A DNA stretch of 64,000 bases, from assembly GCA_963764165.1 (NCBI GenBank), contig CAVXRD010000002.1, forward strand, positions 1,472,001 through 1,536,000. Direction: 5' to 3'. Source of the stretch: an uncultured Verrucomicrobiae bacterium (lineage in GTDB: Bacteria > Verrucomicrobiota > Verrucomicrobiia > Limisphaerales > Palsa-1400). Under the pieces are notes generated by a model. That model did not search any database. It was not told where the DNA came from and worked only from the letters and a program-made list of their open reading frames with translations. This document shows, one piece after another, positions 1 to 9,964 of the stretch. The position numbers were made by a program, and so were the translations under genes. Positions within the stretch are counted from its first letter, which is position 1; the number at the start of each line of letters is the position of its first letter.

Positions 1-216
1 AGCGGCCAATTGCCAGCCGAGTTGGCGCAAATTCAACCCTTCCTCGATCCATCCGTGGACAATGCGATGCTCCAACGCTACCAAATTCTGCAAGGCGGCA
101 GCGTCAGCAATCTGCAGCCAAACCAACCCGTGCTGGCCGAAATTGCGCCGGTCGATGATCAATACGACGAGCGATACCTGATTATGATGAGCGGCGCGGG
201 CGCTTCAGGTTGGTAG
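1..216 (+). CDS. 3' end of a hypothetical protein (partial, runs off window start)
   Basis: Frame 1 is open from base 1 to TAG at 214-216; protein-like composition; no family recognised with confidence. Confidence 0.55.
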   Translation, partial: SGQLPAELAQIQPFLDPSVDNAMLQRYQILQGGSVSNLQPNQPVLAEIAPVDDQYDERYLIMMSGAGASGW

Positions 217-439
217 CCTCCAGGCGTTTGCAGACCGGGTTCCCTGATCCGCCGGTGGGGCGTAGTTTGTCAGTCGCAAGCACGCAAGGGTCAGTACTCA
301 CTATTTGCACTTTGGATTTGACAGTGGACGCGGGGGTGAGAGGGCGGAGCTAAAAAAGGGGTCACACTTGCTTAGCTTGCTTAGCGGAATTGAAATGATT
401 CCGCCCCTCTCCCACTGGCAATTTTTCGTTGGTTACGAA

Positions 440-1378
440 TTACTGCAAATACGTCAGAATCGAGGTCTGCATTACCAAAGTGCCGCTTTCCAAAGCGGCT
501 TGGTAAGCGGTCTGCGTTTGGCTGAGCTGCGTCAGGGTGGTGGCGAGATCGGCGCTGGTGTCGTTGGACATTTGGCCCGTGATCGACAGGGCTTTTTGGG
601 AGGAGGTGGTGCTCGCGGCGTCCAAGGTGGATTGCAAGACTCCGTTAGAACTGATTTGGGCCACGACGTGGTCTTCGTCCTTGGAAAGGTTCGGGGCGTC
701 GGTGGTGGAGATGGCGCTGGTGTTGCCGGAAGCCAAATCCTGCTGCAGCGCGATCAAATGGCTGAAGATGTCGGCGCCGCTGCGGCTGTCGGCAAAGACG
801 CCTTCGGTGCCTGTGCCGGTGGTGTTTTCGCCGGGGGATTGCGCGGAGACGGCAAGGGTGGGGCCTATTTGGCTGCTGGCAACCGACGTGTTCCCACCGT
901 ATGTCACTGCGGTGATGTTTCCGTTGGCATCGGCTGTCGAACTGAAGGGCGCGGTGCTGTTGTTCGTTCCGGCGAATATATAATCGCCTTGCGCGTTCTT
1001 CGTGTTCGCCACTTGCAGCGCCTGCTGCACCAATTCGCCGACCTGCGTGGCATAGGTGGCAAGCTGCGTGGGAGAGGTGACGCCGTTGGCGTTGGTGGCT
1101 ATTTCGCTCGCCTGTTCCATCAGCGTTTGGAGGCTGTTCAGCGCGTCCGATGCCGTCGTGGCCGAATTTTGCAGGCTGGCGATGTTGCTCTGATACTGCG
1201 TGTTGGCGCTGGCTTCAGTCTGGAGATTCAAGACCTGGTTCATCGCTGCCGGGTCGTCTTCCGGCTGCGTGACTTTCAAGCCGGTGGACGTCTGTGTTTG
1301 CAGCGTGGATTGCTGGCTCTCCAGTTGCTGGATGTCGTAGAGGAAGTTGTTGTTGAATGAAAGATTGGTAACGTGCAT
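440..1378 (-). CDS. flgL: Flagellar hook-associated protein 3
   Basis: Flagellin-family N-terminus (STGLKVTQPEDDP), GDYIFAG motif, C-terminal YQAAL...SILTYL; directly downstream of flgK. Confidence 0.92.
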   Translation of the reverse strand: MHVTNLSFNNNFLYDIQQLESQQSTLQTQTSTGLKVTQPEDDPAAMNQVLNLQTEASANTQYQSNIASLQNSATTASDALNSLQTLMEQASEIATNANGVTSPTQLATYATQVGELVQQALQVANTKNAQGDYIFAGTNNSTAPFSSTADANGNITAVTYGGNTSVASSQIGPTLAVSAQSPGENTTGTGTEGVFADSRSGADIFSHLIALQQDLASGNTSAISTTDAPNLSKDEDHVVAQISSNGVLQSTLDAASTTSSQKALSITGQMSNDTSADLATTLTQLSQTQTAYQAALESGTLVMQTSILTYLQ

Positions 1379-1391
1379 GAGGCCTTTTTAA

Positions 1392-2801
1392 TTAGCTGGT
1401 TTTCATATTAACCACGGTCTGCATCATTTGGTTCAGGGTGGTGACCAATTCCGCGGAGGCCTCGTAGGCTTTCTGGTATTGCAGGAGGTTCGTCATTTCC
1501 GTGTCCACTGAAACCCCGCTGGCCGAGGCGCGCTCCGTGGATAGCATTTGCGTGACGGCCTGGCTGTTATTGAGCTTGTCGTTGACTGTTGAGATGGCGG
1601 TGCCGAGGTTCGACACCGCATTCGCGTAACTGCCCGAGAAAGTCTGATTGCCCAGCGCCGAAATGTTTTGATTGCCCAATTCCGCCAGCGACAGGGCCAC
1701 CGTGTTGTCTCCGGCCGCCCCGGCGGATCCGGCGGCTTGAAACTGCGAGGGATCATCGACGACATTGCTGTTGACGCCGATGTTCGCCGCGCTGCTTCCC
1801 GTGAAAAGATCCTGCCCCGTATTGCCGTGCAGATCGTAGCCGGCGGAATAAATCGTGTTGACCTGCGTGGCAAGCTGGGAAGCCAGCGAGTTCAGCCCGC
1901 CTTGCAAATCGGCCAGCGCGCCGTCGCGCGCGGTAATCGCGCCTTCGATGCTGCCGCCTGTCAATGTAATTGGCGTGCTGCCATGGATCGATTCGATTTG
2001 CAGATTGCCGTTCGTGTCCGCGTAGGCCTGGAGGCCGTCCGCCGCGGTGCCGCCGGCAACCATCGCGATTCCGCCGATGCTGACGTTGACCGCTCCGTTG
2101 GCCTGCGTGCTGGTGGAGATGTTCGCAACGCCCGCCAGATTCTCCAGCGCCTGCTCGCGCTGGTCGACCAATTGTGGCGCTCCCGTTCCCGCCGCCTGCG
2201 CGGCGACGATTTGCGAATTGAGCGTGGCAATGGTGCTTAAGTCCTGATTGGCGGTGGCCACGTCATTTTGAACGGACGAGTTCAGCCCTTGTTGAACGGT
2301 GGAAAGCTGGGCAGAAACTTGATTGAATTGGTTGGCCACCTGCTGCGCCGCTTCAACCGCCGTTTGGCGAAGCGATGTGTCCGAAGGATCGGCTGAAAGG
2401 CCCTGGAACGCGTCAAATAAATTAGACAGTCCCGCCGCCAGCCCGTTCGGGCTATCCGCCGTGGTCGATGACGTGCTGCTCGTAATCGTCTCGTCCAAAT
2501 ACGCCTCGGTGTTTTGCAAACTGGATTGCTGCACGTTGAGCGAACCCGTTGCGCTCGTCTCCGCCTGGATTTGGCTGTCAAGCAGCGGATTGCGCGATGA
2601 CGTGATGTCCGTCATTTGGATTCCGGTTCCCTCGTCGCCGATCACGGTGTCCAGTGGCGTCGATTCCGAGGTGACAAGCTGCTCGTCGGCGTAGGAGGCG
2701 TTGTTGGCGTTGGACACGTTCTGTCCGGAAATGGCCATCTCCTCCTGCTGCACCGAGAGGGAGCGCGAAGCCATGTCCAAAGATCCAAAAAGTCCAAGCA
2801 T
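1392..2801 (-). CDS. flgK: Flagellar hook-associated protein 1
   Basis: N-terminal GQNVSNANNASY, C-terminal SGVSVDTEMTNLLQYQKAYEASA. Confidence 0.95.
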   Translation of the reverse strand: MLGLFGSLDMASRSLSVQQEEMAISGQNVSNANNASYADEQLVTSESTPLDTVIGDEGTGIQMTDITSSRNPLLDSQIQAETSATGSLNVQQSSLQNTEAYLDETITSSTSSTTADSPNGLAAGLSNLFDAFQGLSADPSDTSLRQTAVEAAQQVANQFNQVSAQLSTVQQGLNSSVQNDVATANQDLSTIATLNSQIVAAQAAGTGAPQLVDQREQALENLAGVANISTSTQANGAVNVSIGGIAMVAGGTAADGLQAYADTNGNLQIESIHGSTPITLTGGSIEGAITARDGALADLQGGLNSLASQLATQVNTIYSAGYDLHGNTGQDLFTGSSAANIGVNSNVVDDPSQFQAAGSAGAAGDNTVALSLAELGNQNISALGNQTFSGSYANAVSNLGTAISTVNDKLNNSQAVTQMLSTERASASGVSVDTEMTNLLQYQKAYEASAELVTTLNQMMQTVVNMKTS

Positions 2802-2808
2802 AAAAATA

Positions 2809-3306
2809 TCAGCCGACAGCTTCGTAAAAATGACGGGGACCGGACTGGCTCATCGGGAGATCTCCATTTCCATCGTAGACGGAGGTTTGACGGACCGGCA
2901 GAAGCGTGTTGAGCAATTCCTGCATCAATTCCACCGAGCGCCGCAGCATCAAATGATTTTGCCGGGCCCGCTTGTGGACGCGGGCCAGAAGCTCGTTATT
3001 CTCCTCAACCAAGGCGCCCATCAACGGCTGATAATCCGGCGGCAGCAAGGGGATGAGCTTGGCGAAATGGCAATCGCCTTGCTGGCCGCAATCGCACGCC
3101 AGTTTGCGGCGGCATTCCTCGCGCCGGGCCCGCGCGCTCTGGATGGCGGCGCCCTGGGCCTTGATCAAGCTGATTGATTGAAATACTTCCGAAGCGGCGC
3201 GGGCCACCAAAAGCTCCTTCTGGCGGTCAAGCAGGGCGAGCATTTCCCCGTAATGCTGAAGCTCGTCCCGCAGGGCGTCGATTAGTTGCTTAATGCTCAT
3301 GATCAT
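2809..3306 (-). CDS. flgN: Flagellar export chaperone FlgN
   Basis: Helical 165-aa protein between flgJ and flgK; ATGA overlap with flgJ stop. Confidence 0.75.
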   Translation of the reverse strand: MIMSIKQLIDALRDELQHYGEMLALLDRQKELLVARAASEVFQSISLIKAQGAAIQSARARREECRRKLACDCGQQGDCHFAKLIPLLPPDYQPLMGALVEENNELLARVHKRARQNHLMLRRSVELMQELLNTLLPVRQTSVYDGNGDLPMSQSGPRHFYEAVG

Positions 3307-3692
3307 GGATTTAGAACGACGGGTTTATGGACGGAAACGGGATGAAAGGCCGGCTGGCGCGTGATTCCCGCCGCTTTCGCCTGCCCCAGCACCTGGTGTG
3401 ACAATTGTGTTGACAGACTGTTCGCCAGCCCCAGCCCGCCGCCCTGCTCGATGCTCTGGGCCATCTGGTTGTTGATCATGTCATTGTAAATCCCGGCGGC
3501 AGTCGGATCGCCGCCGGACTTGTCAAGAATAGGCTTGCGGATGTCCGACAAAATCTGCCGCATCAGCACCGCTTCAAATTGCCGCGAGACCTCGTTGATT
3601 TTCTGGGAGTCGGAAACATTCTTGTTCGCGGCCAGCGTGTCCAACTGAAGTTGGGCGGGGACGGCCTGATGATGGATGGCAAAAGCATTCAT
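3303..3692 (-). CDS. flgJ: Rod-binding protein FlgJ (short form, no muramidase domain)
   Basis: SRQFEAVLMRQIL and GGLGLA motifs; 129 aa; follows flgI. Confidence 0.85.
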   Translation of the reverse strand: MNAFAIHHQAVPAQLQLDTLAANKNVSDSQKINEVSRQFEAVLMRQILSDIRKPILDKSGGDPTAAGIYNDMINNQMAQSIEQGGGLGLANSLSTQLSHQVLGQAKAAGITRQPAFHPVSVHKPVVLNP

Positions 3693-3695
3693 AGT

Positions 3696-4802
3696 TTACC
3701 GCATGATAAGTTCGGCCTGCAGCGCGCCGGCCTGTTTCATCGCTTCAAACATTGACATCATGTCGCGCGGCGTCACGCCGAGGGAATTGAGCGCGGCGGC
3801 GACTTTCTCCACCGTCGGCAATTCCGGCAACGGCACCAGCGCCCCTTTGTCTTCCTTGATTTTGACGTCGCTCTGGTTGACGACCTGGGTTGAACCCTGG
3901 CTTAAGGCGCCGGGCTGCGACACCGTCGGCGTCGAAGAAATGCTGATGGTCACGTTGCCGTGCGACACGGCGCAATTGGAAATGTGAATGCGCGCGGTGG
4001 CCACAATGGTGCCAGTGCGCTCGTTGATAATCACCCGGGCCGGAACATCCGGAGTGACTTCCAGCGACTCCACTTGAGCAATGAAATCCACCGAGGATTC
4101 GGCGAACGAGGGCGGAATCGCCACCCGGATGGTGGACGAGTCAACAGCCACGGAACTGGCGGGAAATTTTCCGTTCAACACCGCCGCCATCCGCGAGGCG
4201 GAAGTAAAATCGGGATTGCGCAGGAGCAATTCAATATGGTTGTCGCTGACGATGGTCGCCGGAATTTCCTCTTCCACCAGCGCCCCGTTGATGATGGTGC
4301 CCACGGTCGGATGATTCTTGGTCACGCTGGCATCGCCTCCGCCGCCTCCGCTGCTGGCGGACAATCCGCCAATGGAGAGCGGGCCCTGGGCCAGTGCGTA
4401 TACTTTTTTATCCGCGCCGAGGAGCATCGTCTGGATCAGCACGCCGCCTTGCAGGCTTTTGGCGTCACCCATCGAGGAGACCACCACGTCCAGGCGCGAG
4501 CCGGGTTTGGCAAAGGCCGGAATATCCGCCGTCACCATCACGATGGCGACGTTCTTGGCCGAGATGGTCGAAGCGGGAATGGTCAGTCCGTAATGCTGCA
4601 GCAGGTTGCCGATGGCTTGAAGAGTGTCGACGGGGTTTTTGTCGCCATCGCCCGCCAGGCCCGTGACCACGCCGAATCCTGATAATTGGTTATCCCGCGC
4701 GCCCGCGATAATGGCGAGGTCCTTGATGCGCGAACCGTCAGCTCTTGCGGGCGGAGCGATGGCTGTCAACAGAAGCAGCAACCATGTAATCCAGAGGCGC
4801 AT
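3696..4802 (-). CDS. flgI: Flagellar P-ring protein
   Basis: RIKDL, RDNQLSGFGVVTGLAGDGD, KNVAIVMVTA, AKSLQGG, INERTGTIV, GALQAEL; start set at ATG 4802 giving a signal peptide. Confidence 0.97.
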   Translation of the reverse strand: MRLWITWLLLLLTAIAPPARADGSRIKDLAIIAGARDNQLSGFGVVTGLAGDGDKNPVDTLQAIGNLLQHYGLTIPASTISAKNVAIVMVTADIPAFAKPGSRLDVVVSSMGDAKSLQGGVLIQTMLLGADKKVYALAQGPLSIGGLSASSGGGGGDASVTKNHPTVGTIINGALVEEEIPATIVSDNHIELLLRNPDFTSASRMAAVLNGKFPASSVAVDSSTIRVAIPPSFAESSVDFIAQVESLEVTPDVPARVIINERTGTIVATARIHISNCAVSHGNVTISISSTPTVSQPGALSQGSTQVVNQSDVKIKEDKGALVPLPELPTVEKVAAALNSLGVTPRDMMSMFEAMKQAGALQAELIMR

Positions 4803-4810
4803 TGCAAACC

Positions 4811-5464
4811 TCAAAACGGCGAGACCTTGTCCCAAACCGTCGTGAACCAACCCTTCTTCTGGCTGTCCGTCAACGCCCCCTTGGAAGTGTATTGGATGGA
4901 AGCGTCGGCAATGTTGAAACTGTAAACGCTGTTGGTCGAAGTCACATCATCCGAGCGGACCGTGCCCCGCAAAACGGCCTCCAGTTTTTCACCCGAGAAT
5001 TCGGTATGGCGCCGGCCTTCCACGACCAGATTTCCGTTCGGCAAAACGTCAATCACTTTCACCGCAATCTGGGCCGCGATGATTTCGCTATTTGCGATGG
5101 ATCCACCGCCGTTAAAGGAATTCTTGCCGCTGAAGCTCATGGCCGGCAACTGGCCTTTCTTGCTCAACACGCCCGTCGCGGTGGCCGGATAAAGAAAGCT
5201 CGAAACGCTCGCGTCCACGCTCGATGTGCGCGAAGTCGTTGTGTTGTTGTTGCGGGAGGTGCCGTTGTTTTCCTGGATGATGACGGTGACGATGTCGCCG
5301 ACGCGGTGGGCCTTCTTATCGGCGAACATCGAGGACGGGGACATGTCCTGCTTCCAAAGCGAGTCAGCCTCGAGCTCCACAATTCCCATCGCCAGCAGCA
5401 TGAGGGCCAGGGCGGCGGGCTTACAGCGTGATGAGAATGAGGTCTTGGTTCTGAATTTTTCCAT
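4811..5464 (-). CDS. flgH: Flagellar L-ring protein
   Basis: DKKAHRVGDIVTVII, VLPNGNLVVEG, LRGTVRSDD, C-terminal KGWF...SPF; start uncertain. Confidence 0.93.
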   Translation of the reverse strand: MEKFRTKTSFSSRCKPAALALMLLAMGIVELEADSLWKQDMSPSSMFADKKAHRVGDIVTVIIQENNGTSRNNNTTTSRTSSVDASVSSFLYPATATGVLSKKGQLPAMSFSGKNSFNGGGSIANSEIIAAQIAVKVIDVLPNGNLVVEGRRHTEFSGEKLEAVLRGTVRSDDVTSTNSVYSFNIADASIQYTSKGALTDSQKKGWFTTVWDKVSPF

Positions 5465-6386
5465 AAAGTTCACGCCGGGTCTTTGGATTGCGGACACGCA
5501 CCATTTGGCCCAGCGCGCCTTCCTCCATGGTTTCCACTTTCAAAGAGATCATCATCGATCCGTCCTGGAAAACGGCTTCGACCAGTTGCCCGCGATGCAC
5601 AATGGCGCGCTCGCGCGTGAATCGGGACCAGACAGGCGCGCCAGCTTGAATGCTGGTCACGCTCTCGAGGGCTTTGTCCACCACCGGGAAAGGAATGCAC
5701 GGCTCGTGCTGCGTCAGCGCGTCGCGCTTCTCGAGAATGATGTCTGCATCCGCCAGCGATTGCCCGCGCAGGATTGGCGAATGAGCCACCGGTACGTCGT
5801 GCCAGATATGCGCCTGCATGGGAACCTGCCAGACGCCCACGCGCTCCTTGCCGCACCACAATTCAAAGCCAGCCACCAAACTCGGCAGCACACCCGCCGC
5901 GGGCACTTCCGTCAACTGCAAATTCAATGGCCCTTCCGGGACTTCCACCGGCTGCCACGAGCGGCTGAAATGAATTTCCAGCGTTCCGCGCGCGCCGACG
6001 TAATTTTCCTGCAACGCCGCGCGGAGCATGTCGTTCAATTCCACTTCACCCAGCCGGCGGACGCGCCGGCTGATACGCGCAGCCGGCGGTCCGGACCAGT
6101 TGGTGGTGTCGATTTCCGGATACGAGTCCTTCGCTAAATCAATAATTTGCTGGCGGGTAAAGGAATTCGTTTGGCCCAGGACGGGAGCCTGAGCCAAACG
6201 AACGGGGGGGAGGGTCGCATGAACTGTCGGCATAACGAGTTGTGTCAGGAAAATCCCCGAGCCGTCCACCTTGACATCCTCCCGCAACTGAAAAGCAGCC
6301 AGCTCGCCGGCCTGAGCGCGGCGAGCCGGTGTCACCAAGACCGGTGCGATTAAAAACCAAATTAAAATGCTCTTCCACTTATTCAT
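5421..6386 (-). CDS. flgA: P-ring formation chaperone
   Basis: Signal peptide; C-terminal SAF-like region VHRGQLV...EEGALGQMVRVRN; between flgG and flgH. Confidence 0.88.
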   Translation of the reverse strand: MNKWKSILIWFLIAPVLVTPARRAQAGELAAFQLREDVKVDGSGIFLTQLVMPTVHATLPPVRLAQAPVLGQTNSFTRQQIIDLAKDSYPEIDTTNWSGPPAARISRRVRRLGEVELNDMLRAALQENYVGARGTLEIHFSRSWQPVEVPEGPLNLQLTEVPAAGVLPSLVAGFELWCGKERVGVWQVPMQAHIWHDVPVAHSPILRGQSLADADIILEKRDALTQHEPCIPFPVVDKALESVTSIQAGAPVWSRFTRERAIVHRGQLVEAVFQDGSMMISLKVETMEEGALGQMVRVRNPKTRRELYGKIQNQDLILITL

Positions 6387-6389
6387 GAA

Positions 6390-7172
6390 TTAGCGGCGCA
6401 GATTGTTGGCCTGCTGCATCATTTCGTCGGACGCCTGCACGGCCTTCGAGTTCACCTCGTAGGCGCGCTGCGCGACAATCATGTTGACCATTTCCTCCAC
6501 TACCTTGACGTTGGACATTTCCAGAAAGCCCTGCTGCAAGCTGCCGTAGCCCGCCGCGTTGGGCGTGCCCGTTTCAGGGGAGCCGGAGGCCGGTGTTTCG
6601 ATATACAAATTGCGGCCAATGGACTGCAGCCCCGCCGGATTGGTGAAGCGTGTCAACTGAACTTGAAAACTGGTCGTGCCGCTCGTGCTCGTCGTGGAAA
6701 CTTCGCCGTCCGGGGAGATCGTAATGCCGGTGGTCCCAACTGGTATCGGCTGAAATCCGCTCTGCACCGACAGGCCATCGCTCGTCGTGATCTGCCCGGT
6801 GGCAGACGTCTTGAACGCGCCATCGCGGGTGTAAGCGAGGGTGCCGTCTGGCAAGGTGACCTGGAAAAATCCATCGCCTTGGACAGCGACATCGAGGCGC
6901 TCGCCCGTCTGCGTCAATTCGCCCTCGGTGAAAACTTTGGAAGTCGCCACTGCGCGCGAGCCGTGGCCGATTTGCAAACCGGTTGGCAACTGATTGCCAT
7001 TGCTTTGCTCCGCGCCGGGAGCCTGGGTGGTGTCGTAGAGGAGGTCCTGAAATTCAATTTTGCTTTTCTTGAAACCAGTCGTGTTGACGTTCGAGAGGTT
7101 GTTGGCAATCACGTCCAGGTTCAACTGCTGCGATTCCATGCCGGCGGCGGAAGAGTATAATGCGCGTAACAT
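6390..7172 (-). CDS. flgG: Distal basal-body rod protein
   Basis: ANNLSNVNTTGFK, FQDLLY, YTRDG, LEMSNV, AQRAYEVNSK; 260 aa. Confidence 0.97.
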   Translation of the reverse strand: MLRALYSSAAGMESQQLNLDVIANNLSNVNTTGFKKSKIEFQDLLYDTTQAPGAEQSNGNQLPTGLQIGHGSRAVATSKVFTEGELTQTGERLDVAVQGDGFFQVTLPDGTLAYTRDGAFKTSATGQITTSDGLSVQSGFQPIPVGTTGITISPDGEVSTTSTSGTTSFQVQLTRFTNPAGLQSIGRNLYIETPASGSPETGTPNAAGYGSLQQGFLEMSNVKVVEEMVNMIVAQRAYEVNSKAVQASDEMMQQANNLRR

Positions 7173-7175
7173 AGT

Positions 7176-7922
7176 TTATTGCGGGTTGCCGACTTCGCTG
7201 ATGACTTTGCTCAGTCGATCATCCTGGATTTGAATGACTTTTTGGTTCGCCTCGAAACTGCGGCCAGCCGTCATCATGCTGACCATTTCACGCAGCATTT
7301 GGGTGTTGGAACCTTCCAGGTAACCGGAGCGCACACTTGAATTCGACGGGGTTTCCGTGACTTTGCCGGGGGTGGCCATGAAATAACCGCCGCTTAATTG
7401 AGTCAGCGCGCGCGGCTGATCGACGTCCATCACCGCCAATTTTCCATGCGTCTCGGCGCCTTGGGACACGGCGCCGGTTGAGCTGATGCTGACAGCGCCG
7501 CCGCCGCGGGTTAGTTGAATCGGAGATCCATTTGCGTCAAGCACCGGGTAGGATTCCTTGGTGACCAATTGGCCCGCCGAGCTGATTTGAAATTCGCCAT
7601 CGCGCGTGAGCGCTTTCTGTCCGGTGGGAAGCTTCACCTCGAAGAAACCTTTTCCCTCGATGGCGACATCGGTCTCGTTGCCCGTGCTTTTAAGTTCGCC
7701 GGGCGTGAAATTGGTGGATTGCGAACCTTTGGGAAGAGAGAAATACGTCGGCGCGCCGCGGAAGCCGACCGCGGGCATCAAACCCGCCTGAGTAGCCTCC
7801 TGCGAAAGCTGCGACTGCTTGAAACCGGGCACAGAACTGGAAGCCAAATTCTCGGCAATGGCTTCCTGCCATTTGCTATTGGCATCCAGCGCTGCAGCCG
7901 CTTGATATAAACTGACGTTCAC
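7176..7922 (-). CDS. flgF: Basal-body rod protein FlgF-like
   Basis: ENLASSSVPGFK, LTRDGEF, YLEGSN, RSFEANQK; immediately upstream of flgG; GTG start. Confidence 0.82.
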   Translation of the reverse strand: MNVSLYQAAAALDANSKWQEAIAENLASSSVPGFKQSQLSQEATQAGLMPAVGFRGAPTYFSLPKGSQSTNFTPGELKSTGNETDVAIEGKGFFEVKLPTGQKALTRDGEFQISSAGQLVTKESYPVLDANGSPIQLTRGGGAVSISSTGAVSQGAETHGKLAVMDVDQPRALTQLSGGYFMATPGKVTETPSNSSVRSGYLEGSNTQMLREMVSMMTAGRSFEANQKVIQIQDDRLSKVISEVGNPQ

Positions 7923-7936
7923 GGAAATCCGTGGGG

Positions 7937-7952
7937 AGCAACGACCGTGCCA
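7937..7952 (-). promoter_or_regulatory. Sigma54 (-24/-12) promoter of the flgF operon
   Basis: Minus strand reads TGGCAC-GGTCG-TTGCT, matching the TGGCAC-N5-TTGCW consensus, 14 nt upstream of the flgF start. Confidence 0.85.
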
Positions 7953-8134
7953 CAGATGAAAAGCGCGTGTTTACAATGGTTTACGTGCGGCCGGAATTTA
8001 CTTCCGGCAGAACTTGCCGATTGGGTAGGGAGAAAAATGCCGGGTGACTTGCGAGACAAGTCTCTGCCTTGGCCTCGTCTCGCCCTTCGTGAACAGCTTT
8101 CCAAACGATTCTTGGCGTTGTACATTATGCGCCA

Positions 8135-9851
8135 ATGTCCGCAACAAACTTCAACACAAAGAACGATACGTATCGGAAGTTGATCGGCAACGGTCTGACT
8201 TACCGCATTCCTCGTTTTCAACGCGATTACAGTTGGACGGATGAGGAATGGGAAGATTTGTGGCTGGACATATTGGGGGTCCTGAACGCTGGCGGCGAAC
8301 CCGCGCACTACATGGGATACCTTGTATTGCAATCGGACGATGACAAGACGTTTGATGTCATCGATGGACAGCAGCGGTTGACCACGTTGAGCATCATCAT
8401 TCTCGCCGTGCTTAAGAATTTCCGTCGGTTGATTGAAAACGGCGTGGATGCATCTCGCAACCAGCAGCGCCTTGAGCAAATACGGCAAACTTACATCGGG
8501 TATGTTGATCCGGTGACACTCGTTCCTCGTTCCAAGCTTACACTCAACCGCAACAACGACACTTATTATCAGAACGTATCTCGTGCCGCTGGAGCATTTG
8601 CCTGCGCGCGGTTTTCGCGCCTCTGAACACGCGTTGCGAAAGGCATTTGAATGGTTTGACGGACGCGTCGCAGAATACGTGAAAAAAGTTGAAGGCGAAC
8701 AAGGCCTCGAACTGGCGAAATTTGTGGAGGCGCTAAGCGACAAGCTTTTTTTTACAGTTATCACGGTGACCGACGAGCTGAATGCCTATAAAGTCTTTGA
8801 AACTTTGAACGCCCGCGGGGTGCGGCTCTCCGCGACTGATTTGCTGAAGAACTATTTATTTTCCGTTTTGAGCAAGGAGGGTCAGCACGAGCACGAAATG
8901 AAAAGCCTCGAGAATCGCTGGGAAGGAATGGTTGGCCGGCTCGGAAGCGAGAGTTTCCCGGATTTCCTGCGCGCGCATTGGAATAGCCGACAGCAGTTCG
9001 TCCGGCACACTGAACTCTTCAAGACGATTCGAAATCAGGTCAGCACACGCGAGGCCGTCTTTTCCCTCATTCGGAGCATGGAGGAGGATCTTGACGCTTA
9101 TCTTTCATTAACGAGCCCGGAAACCTCGGACTGGCCTGATGCTCTGAAATCTCCCGCTGTCAAGCTGCGGCTGTTTGGCGTTCGGCAACCCATTCCATTT
9201 CTCCTTGCTGCCCGCCGGGTTTTTTCCAACCAGGAGCTCGCCACTGTCATGCACGCGTGTGTGGTGATATCATTCCGATATAACGTCATTTCCAACCTTC
9301 AGGCGGGCGAGCAGGAGCACGTTTACAATTCCGTGGCCGCCCGTATTTCTTCCGGTGAACTGGCAGGGCCGCAAGCTGTTTTGGGCAGTCTTAAATCGAT
9401 CTATGCATCCGACGAAGCATTTCGCCCGGCATTTTCTGAGAAGGCCCTCCGCACTTCACAAACCAGAAATCGAAGAATTGTTCGCTATATCCTGTGCTCG
9501 CTGGAAAAACATCTCTCCGCGCATGAATGGGATTTTGATAGCAACGCGTTTAACATTGAGCACATTTTGCCTGAGAGTCCCGAGAAGGATTGGGACGCTT
9601 TCTCTGACGCGGACGCTGAATCGATGACATTTCGCCTCGGCAACATGACTTTGCTGGGAACGGGCGAAAACCGGGACTGTGGAAACGGGCCGTTCTCCGT
9701 AAAGAGGGAAGCGTATGCGAAAAGCTCATTCGGGATAACCCGTAAGATCGCGACAGATAATGCGGATTGGACTCCAGAACGCCTCGCCGCCCGCCAAAGA
9801 TGGATGGCGACTCAGGCAGCGGCAATTTGGCGGGTAGCCCAGCTCTCGTGA
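8135..9851 (+). pseudogene. gmrSD: GmrSD-type type IV restriction endonuclease (DUF262+DUF1524), split by a one-base frameshift at ~8573-8576
   Basis: IPRFQRDYSW, DGQQRLTT, FETLNARG and C-terminal HNH NIEHILP...LGNMTLL; removing one base from CAGAACGTATCTC joins the ORFs 8135..8626 and 8583..9851. Confidence 0.85.
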
Positions 9852-9862
9852 GCCGGAATTGT

Positions 9863-9888
9863 TGCGGCGAACGCCGGCTTTTTCGCCG
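9863..9888 (+). terminator. Hairpin after gmrSD
   Basis: GCGGCGAA-N10-TTCGCCGC just after the stop; weak U tract. Confidence 0.4.
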
Positions 9889-9964
9889 CCGAGTTTGGGT
9901 TTGATTAAAGGCGGGTAAGGGGCAAGTGAGAGTGCCGCCGATTTCGCTTTGGGCGGAGCGCGGC

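Noticed and set aside
360..390. CTTGCTTAG tandem duplication downstream of flgL
   Set aside because: Only two 9-bp units; no supportable function
305..1360. Long antisense ORFs (also 17500..19074, 19392..20864, 49890..51686, 53362..54552, 57169..58509)
   Set aside because: Shadows of well-supported genes on the opposite strand, expected at this GC and codon bias
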